Assembly: GCA_964633905.1 (NCBI GenBank)
Contig: CAZWIT010000005.1
Span: 26,610 to 90,609 of the forward strand
DNA: 64,000 bases
DNA from: an uncultured Gammaproteobacteria bacterium
GTDB lineage: Bacteria; Patescibacteriota; Patescibacteriia; UBA1558; GWA2-36-10
Direction: 5' to 3'
The position numbers and the translations under genes were made by a program. The first letter of the stretch is position 1, and every line of letters starts with the position of its first letter. The notes under the pieces were generated by a model. The model searched no databases, was not told where the DNA came from, and saw only the letters and a program-made list of their open reading frames with translations. Shown in pieces: positions 57,639-64,000 of the stretch.

Positions 57639-59567
57639 ATGTTTTTTAATAAAATTAAAAATAAGCTCTCTAATTTTATTTTAGATAAAAAAATAGAGAA
57701 AAAGACTCTAAGGCTATTGTGGCTTTTTATTTTATTATATATTGCCATTTTTTTATTTTTGGTATTTAAGCGCTATCATTATTTTACTTATAATATCAGT
57801 GATCTGGCTATTTTTAATCAAACTTTTTTTAATACTATACATGGTCGCTGGTTTGATGAAACCGTAACTTTAAATAATTATTTTGCCGACCACTTTTCGC
57901 CTATCATTTTTTTGTTATTACCTTTTTATTTTTTATTACCCTCACCTCTTACTCTACTTAGTCTGCAAACTATTGGCTTGGGGCTAGCTGCTTGGCAACT
58001 TTTTTATTTAAGCAGAGAAATTAGCAAAAATGATAAAGTGTCTTTGTTGGTAGCTACTATTTGGTTATTGAATCCAATGCTACAAGCAGCTAATCTGGAT
58101 GAGAACCATTTATTGTATTTGGTGCCAGGCTTAGTTTTTGCTACAGCTTATTTTTATTTAAAAAATAGATTTTCTTATTTTCTATTATTTTTTATTTTAG
58201 CTTTATTAATACGAGAAGACATTGCTTTAATCATGCTCATGTGGTCTGTGCTAGCTAAACTTGATAAAAAAGATAAACAGTGGATTATTAGCCCGCTAGT
58301 ATTAGCTTTAACATATTTTATATTGGCTATTAGTATTATTAAATCTTTGGCTAGCAATGATAGTTATAAATTTTTTAATTATTATAACTGGCTAGGCGGG
58401 GACGATTTATTTAGTATTATAGCTAGTTGGCTTACTCATCCTTTGGCAGTTATGCAACATTTATTAAGTTGGAATAATATTTCGGGTATTTTGATAATAT
58501 TATTACCTCTTTTATATTTACCACTTATAAAACCAAAATATTTATTGCTATCGCTATTAACTTTTTTACAGCTAGCTATGACTACTAGAGGCTTTAGTAG
58601 TGTAGCTTATATGACTCGTTTTTCCCTTTTGCTTTTACCTAGTATTTTTATTTCTTTTATTTTTTCTTTAGACTATATTCAAGCTAAAAAAGGTTTTTTG
58701 TTTAGTAATTTTATTTATAAGAATTTCGCTTTTAGTAAATTTTTGATGTTTTTTACTGTGCTTTATTTTTTTATCTTTTTATCACCAGCCAGACATGTAG
58801 CTTTTAAAAAATATGACCAAGAGCAAAGGCTAAATCAGTATTCAATGCTACAGGCTGTACCAGCAGACAAGAGCATTACTGCTACTAATAATTTTTTGCC
58901 GCAATTAAGCAATCGACAATTTCTTTATAATATTGATTATGTTTATTTTAGACGTACGCAATTTAGTCAGGCAGTATTTAAGCCAATTGATACGGATTAT
59001 CTTTTACTTGATTATAGCGATTTTTTGACTACTATTGCTGATGCTAAAAGTAGCATTGCTTTGGCAGAATATTGGCCTAATATGCCTTTAGAGTGGCGTG
59101 AATTTTTACAAAATTACTCTTTAATTAAGGCAGAAAATAATGTCTTGTTATGGCAAATAAAAAACCAGGCTAATGGTTCTGGTTTAAAGCTTTATGAACT
59201 ACAAGACAAGGATCAATTACAAGCAGCTAATAATTTTTTATTTAGTAAAGCTAGCATTTTAAATCAGAGCCACAGAGTTTTGAAATTGACTATCCAAGAT
59301 ATTGGCAATGTCGATAATTCTTATTTGATTCGTTTTTATAGTCGGAATAGTTATTTTGACATGCCCTTGGACTACGGTCTAATGACAAGCGTTGATTGGC
59401 AACAAAAAATAGCCAGCTTTTATTATTATCTTAATCCCAGCGTAGAGAATTATCAGATTTTTTCCTGGCAGGGTATTAATAAATTAGGTCTAGAACAACA
59501 AGTTTATCTAGATAAAAAGCTGGAAAAAATCACTGATAAGATTGCTTTTACTGATAATGAGTTTTGA
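57639..59567 (+). CDS. DUF2079-like GT-C fold membrane glycosyltransferase
   Basis: DLAIFNQTF...FADHFSPI...LIREDI motifs; multi-TM. Confidence 0.75.
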   Translation: MFFNKIKNKLSNFILDKKIEKKTLRLLWLFILLYIAIFLFLVFKRYHYFTYNISDLAIFNQTFFNTIHGRWFDETVTLNNYFADHFSPIIFLLLPFYFLLPSPLTLLSLQTIGLGLAAWQLFYLSREISKNDKVSLLVATIWLLNPMLQAANLDENHLLYLVPGLVFATAYFYLKNRFSYFLLFFILALLIREDIALIMLMWSVLAKLDKKDKQWIISPLVLALTYFILAISIIKSLASNDSYKFFNYYNWLGGDDLFSIIASWLTHPLAVMQHLLSWNNISGILIILLPLLYLPLIKPKYLLLSLLTFLQLAMTTRGFSSVAYMTRFSLLLLPSIFISFIFSLDYIQAKKGFLFSNFIYKNFAFSKFLMFFTVLYFFIFLSPARHVAFKKYDQEQRLNQYSMLQAVPADKSITATNNFLPQLSNRQFLYNIDYVYFRRTQFSQAVFKPIDTDYLLLDYSDFLTTIADAKSSIALAEYWPNMPLEWREFLQNYSLIKAENNVLLWQIKNQANGSGLKLYELQDKDQLQAANNFLFSKASILNQSHRVLKLTIQDIGNVDNSYLIRFYSRNSYFDMPLDYGLMTSVDWQQKIASFYYYLNPSVENYQIFSWQGINKLGLEQQVYLDKKLEKITDKIAFTDNEF

Positions 59568-59570
59568 GCA

Positions 59571-61151
59571 TTAAGGCTCAAGTACTTTTAGTAAAATAAA
59601 ACGTTCATTATTGATCATTGTTTGCAGATAGGGCTCATTACTAAGCCATTTTTTTTCATTAAAATCAGAAACAAAGTCACTGCTAATAAAAATATAATCA
59701 ATACTTCTTTCCCTTAGCCAAGCGCTGATATCATGAGCTTCTGCCAAGAGCCCTTCAAGCTCTTGGTTTTTTTTATCAAATTCCCAAGTTTGCATGCGGT
59801 GACCAATATAAACATTTCTAGCAGTAAAAGCCGGTATTTGAATACCATCGTTGGGGTAGCTCAAAAAAACATCACCAGGCTTTGATTCTTGTTTTATTAT
59901 TTGCCAAATATTTTTGCGCCCATTATCAAAAAACATCATGTTATTATAAGCCTCTAGATAATAGATGGGCACAATTGTTTTTAACAAAGTATCAAAAAAA
60001 ATAAAAAAAGCGATAATAGACAGGTAAATATATTTTAGCTTTGATTTTTTATTTAAATATTTTATTCCATAAAAAGCAATAATACACAAAGCAATATGCC
60101 AGCCATTGCTGAGGCGACGATTAAAATCTAGGGGCAAATAAACCAAGATAAAACCAAGCAATGACCAAAGGCAAGTTAGCAGTAGGTAGTTATTTTTTAA
60201 AATAAGCTCTTTATTTTTCTTGATATATACTAAGCCCAAGATAAAAAGTAACAAGATCAGACCATAACCAATGATATAGGATAAAAGATTTGGCGATTTT
60301 AGTATATTTTGTTGATGATGTTCAGACATTACCGGATCTTGTAATAGCCACCAGTAATAATAAGCCATAGGCAGTGATGTGAATAGCAGGATTAAATAAT
60401 AAGAAATTATTTTTTTTGACTTATTTAAATACATGATGCACAGGCTAGTAAGTCCGGCAACGCTTAATATGATTGGTATATCGTAAGGATGGATTAAACT
60501 CAAAAATAGATTGCTAATAAACAATAATATGATATAGATTGTTTTTTTACTTTCATAAGCCTTAATAAACAATGAAAATGTCAGTAATATCAGGGTTTGT
60601 GACATGATAAATAGTGGTGACTGGGTCAAAGCATCAAAGGTAATGCTCTCCGGCATCCAAATGCTAGTAGGCAGGATATTGTGTTGCTCTAAGGAGGGGT
60701 AGGCTAGGTAGGCAAAGCCATTAGAAAATAATATAAAAAGCAGGGGCCAAAATATTTTGGCACCAAATATTTTTTTTAAAAGCCAGATCAATATCAAAAT
60801 AAATATTAGGCTTGTAATTAATCTAATAATAAAATAGCTAACAATGCTCGAGTTAAACAAATTACTAAATTGCCCCATCAAATACCAGTGGGGAGCAAAT
60901 AAATCTCGGTTTTGTGCTTTGTAATTATATAGGTTATCGATAAATATTTTACCTTGGGCACCTTGTTCGATATTGGATAAATAAACAAAGTGATCGCCAC
61001 TATTAACAAAAGGTATAGATAGGTAGTTTAGACCTTTATTATAAGCAGTATAAAAACCAATAATATGATTTAAATTATTACTGATTAAAAAAGTTAAAAT
61101 TAATAAAATTAGTTTCCAATTATGCTTTAAGTAAGAACTAATACTTCTCAT
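59571..61151 (-). CDS. Multi-TM protein, probable GT-C glycosyltransferase
   Basis: DHFVYLS..EQ first loop, IHPYD, C-terminal IPAFTARNVYIGH periplasmic-type domain. Confidence 0.6.
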   Translation of the reverse strand: MRSISSYLKHNWKLILLILTFLISNNLNHIIGFYTAYNKGLNYLSIPFVNSGDHFVYLSNIEQGAQGKIFIDNLYNYKAQNRDLFAPHWYLMGQFSNLFNSSIVSYFIIRLITSLIFILILIWLLKKIFGAKIFWPLLFILFSNGFAYLAYPSLEQHNILPTSIWMPESITFDALTQSPLFIMSQTLILLTFSLFIKAYESKKTIYIILLFISNLFLSLIHPYDIPIILSVAGLTSLCIMYLNKSKKIISYYLILLFTSLPMAYYYWWLLQDPVMSEHHQQNILKSPNLLSYIIGYGLILLLFILGLVYIKKNKELILKNNYLLLTCLWSLLGFILVYLPLDFNRRLSNGWHIALCIIAFYGIKYLNKKSKLKYIYLSIIAFFIFFDTLLKTIVPIYYLEAYNNMMFFDNGRKNIWQIIKQESKPGDVFLSYPNDGIQIPAFTARNVYIGHRMQTWEFDKKNQELEGLLAEAHDISAWLRERSIDYIFISSDFVSDFNEKKWLSNEPYLQTMINNERFILLKVLEP

Positions 61152-62743
61152 AGTTCGATTTTATAAATATTAAAATAAGCATCTTTATATAACAAGGGTA
61201 AATTAGGATCCTGGTCCAAGGCCTGAATTAATTTTTCATGGTCTTTTTTTTCAACAAAAATATATTCAGCTCGGTAGTTATCTTTTATTTCTTTAGCTAG
61301 ATTAACCCGAATATTGCCTCTGGTAATATCACTATATTTTTGTTGCAGCTGGGGGTCATAGTTGTACATGAAAGTAAAATCTAGACCAATGATATAGCGA
61401 TTATGATCATTAAAATAAAACAACATTGGCCATTCGTCCCAATCGCTATGGAAAACAATACTATCTTTAGGGGTATTCTGTTTTAGCCAGTTACTTGCTG
61501 CTTGATAGCGTAGGCGAGGATGTTCGCTTGGTATATTAGTATTTAGTATCTGCTGATAGATGATGGGCATTAACAATGTTCCTAATACAAATAAGCTGCT
61601 CAAGAGGAATGTTTTTAGCTGCCAACTTAAGTCTTGCCAAATATCTGATATTTTTTGCCACTTAAAAATTTTTATAATATCACTAGTACCGCTAGCGACA
61701 AATAGTAATAAGAAAGGAGAATAGTATTCGGTATAGCGAATTGATTTTAAGCTTAAAAATAAAAAAGCAAAGCTTAATAAAAAACTAAACCAGCTTAAAC
61801 GGCTGATTTTTTTGATATTAAAAAATAATAAAACAAAGATTATACTAGCCATTATAAAAATTAGTAGAGAGGTGCTAGCGAGGATTGAGTGAAAACTAGC
61901 TCCGTACCATTCACCACCAACTGGAAATTGGCCGCTTTTGTTGATTAAACCGATTTGAAAAAATTGTTGGTAGTAAGCATAGGTGTTTTGAGGGAAGTAA
62001 GGATTGATGATAATTCCGCTTAGCAAACCAGCCAGTAGATATCGGGCTAATTTTTTGAGGTCAAAGTGTTCGTGGACGCTATTTAAAATAATGACAATTT
62101 TATTATGAAATAATTTTATTTTCTGGTGATGGATAAAAGCGTAGATATAATCGGCTAGATAAAATATTATAAAAATAAAAATAGCCAATGGCCAGCCGCC
62201 ATAGAGCCAGACATAGATAAATCCCAGGGCAGCTAAGGTTTTATATTTTTTTTGGAAAAAAGCATAAATAAGCAGCCAGACCATAATCAGCGACAAGCCG
62301 GTAATTTTTATTAAGGACAAGCGGAAACTTAAGGCAGGTAGGATAATCAGTAATAAACTAAAAAACCAAGGCCAGGATATTTTGAATTTTTTTAGTAGCC
62401 AATAAAAAACCAAGGCTTGAGCAGTGGCAAAAATAACAGCTGATATTTTTACACCTAAAAGAGGGTCGTTGTTAATGAGGGTAAGTGGTGCTTGGAGCAA
62501 ATGGTATAGTAAATGCTGGTCCGTAAAATTATCACGCAGGCTGCTAAATTGCATCCAGGGCATGGATTTCAAGAAATGGCCGTGAGCAAGCAAGTTAGCT
62601 AGTTTAGCATGAAAAAAACCATCTGGATCACCAATATAATCGTTCCATTGTAGCCTAGTATAGTGAGCAACTATAAATAAGCCTAATACTATATAATCAA
62701 GCTTAAGACTATTTAATATTTTTTTAGTTTTGCCGACAGTCAT
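61148..62743 (-). CDS. Multi-TM protein, probable GT-C (STT3/PMT-like) glycosyltransferase
   Basis: GDPDGFFH first loop; WLKQNTPKDSIVFHSDWDEW resembles the STT3 WWDxG context. Confidence 0.65.
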   Translation of the reverse strand: MTVGKTKKILNSLKLDYIVLGLFIVAHYTRLQWNDYIGDPDGFFHAKLANLLAHGHFLKSMPWMQFSSLRDNFTDQHLLYHLLQAPLTLINNDPLLGVKISAVIFATAQALVFYWLLKKFKISWPWFFSLLLIILPALSFRLSLIKITGLSLIMVWLLIYAFFQKKYKTLAALGFIYVWLYGGWPLAIFIFIIFYLADYIYAFIHHQKIKLFHNKIVIILNSVHEHFDLKKLARYLLAGLLSGIIINPYFPQNTYAYYQQFFQIGLINKSGQFPVGGEWYGASFHSILASTSLLIFIMASIIFVLLFFNIKKISRLSWFSFLLSFAFLFLSLKSIRYTEYYSPFLLLFVASGTSDIIKIFKWQKISDIWQDLSWQLKTFLLSSLFVLGTLLMPIIYQQILNTNIPSEHPRLRYQAASNWLKQNTPKDSIVFHSDWDEWPMLFYFNDHNRYIIGLDFTFMYNYDPQLQQKYSDITRGNIRVNLAKEIKDNYRAEYIFVEKKDHEKLIQALDQDPNLPLLYKDAYFNIYKIEL

Positions 62744-62822
62744 TAGAGGTTTTTAGGCTAGTAATATCTCTTTGCTTAAAATAATACTCCTTTATTCTAT
62801 CAAAAAAGTACTTTTTAATAAA

Positions 62823-62927
62823 GAAAAAGATCCCCGCCAGGCATGGATACGGGGATCAAGATATACTCAATAATAATGGAACTAATTCTTTCAGATTTAG
62901 TTTATTCTTTATTCTAAAGCTAGTCAA
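62823..62927 (-). other. Promoter plus terminator unit with no ORF (empty cassette or ~70-nt sRNA)
   Basis: TTGACT-17-TAAACT (62927-62899); GATCCCCG...CGGGGATC hairpin plus U tract (62857-62823). Confidence 0.5.
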
Positions 62928-63014
62928 GGGCCTAGTAGTTTTTGGGTTGATTTTTTGCTTGATAATTGATAAGATAGACCTAAACTATGATTAATTTTTG
63001 TAATTATTTTATCT

Positions 63015-63719
63015 ATGAGTGGACATTCCAAATGGGCAACAACTAAACGTGCTAAAGCGGTTACTGATTCTAAGCGTAGCAGCTTATTTACTAAGTTATC
63101 AAAAAATATTACGGTTGCAGCCAGAGATGGCGCTGATCCAGCTACTAATTTTAAACTACGCATTGCCATTGATCAGGCTCGTAATTTTAATATGCCTAAA
63201 GATAATGTTGAAAGGGCTATTAATAAGGCAAGTGGTCCTGGCACGGGAGCTATTTTGGAAAGTTTATTATATGAAGCCTATGGTCCAGACGGGATTGCTA
63301 TTTTGATAGAAGTAGTAACTGATAATCGCAATAGAACCGTATCTAATTTAAAACATATTTTAAATAAATACGATGGCAGCTTGGCAGGTGCTGGCAGTGT
63401 AATGTGGATGTTTGATACGCGGGGACAAATTATATTAGAAACTAAAGATTTGAGCGAAGCGGATGAGCTGGATGTTATTGAAGCTGGCGCCATTGATATT
63501 ATTCGGGACGATCAAGTAAAAGTAATTACTGGCATTAATGATTTAGAAAAAGTAAAAAATATTATCCAAGCTAAAAATATAAAAATCTCTGCTTCCGAAT
63601 TAGTCTATTTAGCAAAAACTTTAGTAGAGCCCAAAGACTCAGAAAAACTTTTAAAGCTTTTAGATACTATTGATGATGACGATGACGTTAATAATATCTA
63701 TACCAACGCCAATATTTAA
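63015..63719 (+). CDS. yebC: YebC/PmpR family protein
   Basis: MSGHSKWAT, YEAYGPDG, TDNRNRT. Confidence 0.96.
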   Translation: MSGHSKWATTKRAKAVTDSKRSSLFTKLSKNITVAARDGADPATNFKLRIAIDQARNFNMPKDNVERAINKASGPGTGAILESLLYEAYGPDGIAILIEVVTDNRNRTVSNLKHILNKYDGSLAGAGSVMWMFDTRGQIILETKDLSEADELDVIEAGAIDIIRDDQVKVITGINDLEKVKNIIQAKNIKISASELVYLAKTLVEPKDSEKLLKLLDTIDDDDDVNNIYTNANI

Positions 63720-63721
63720 TC

Positions 63722-64000
63722 ATGGCAAATAATATAAAAATTTTAGGTTTAGATCCAGGTTTTGCGGACACTGGTTTTGGTTTAATTACTAAAACAGATA
63801 GAGAAATAAAATTAGTAGCCGTTGGTACTATTAGGACAGCTGCTATTTTAAGTTTTTCTAAAAGGCTAGCTGAAATTTATCAAGAAGTAAAATCTTTATT
63901 AGAGCAATATCAGCCAGATTTAGTGGCTATTGAAAAGCTTTATTTTGCTACTAATACTAAAACTGCTTTAGATGTTGGCCACGCCCGCGGCGTTATTTTA
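63722..64000 (+). CDS. ruvC: Holliday junction resolvase; truncated by the right window edge
   Basis: Hand translation MANNIKILGLDPGFADTGFG...VAIEKLYFATN...VGHARGV; follows yebC. Confidence 0.93.
   Translation, partial: MANNIKILGLDPGFADTGFGLITKTDREIKLVAVGTIRTAAILSFSKRLAEIYQEVKSLLEQYQPDLVAIEKLYFATNTKTALDVGHARGVIL

Noticed and set aside
1-64000. Integron (attC) or IS origin for the cassettes; CRISPR array; prophage
   Set aside because: No integrase or transposase, no consistent RYYYAAC/GTTRRRY ends or target duplications seen, no regularly spaced repeats, and no phage structural genes.
1-64000. Alternative genetic code (TGA=Gly as in Gracilibacteria/Absconditabacteria)
   Set aside because: Long core genes are intact in code 11 and several genes end in TGA.

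Overview
AT-rich bacterial chromosome segment spanning the replication origin: yidC-yidD-rnpA-rpmH <> dnaA-dnaN, with DnaA boxes and a switch in gene orientation at about 30.3 kb. Gene content and order point to a Patescibacteria/CPR (Parcubacteria-type) genome using code 11: rpmF-nusB-rnc-smc-rpsP-khpA-trmD with no SRP genes or rimM, a short YidC, a VirB2/TrbC-like pilin array, GT-C glycosyltransferases, and mostly SD-less core genes. This taxonomy is inference. The core backbone also has trxAB, gdh, ssb, ruvA/ruvC, murE, rpoBC, ftsK, recA, galU, yebC and three tRNAs. The most striking pattern is about 16 stand-alone transcription units inserted between core genes. Most share one layout: sigma70 promoter, then a boxA-like 11-mer (GTTCnTTRACA), then a payload, then an intrinsic terminator. 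Eleven payloads are orphan or divergent proteins with strong SD sites, including a beta-barrel-like exported protein, lipoproteins and PRPP-synthetase- and MTAP-like enzymes. Three are about 120-nt stem-closed non-coding RNAs flanking the rpmF-nusB-rnc operon, and two are nearly empty. No transposase, integrase, prophage or CRISPR array was seen. All calls come from reading the sequence; no searches or folding programs were run.
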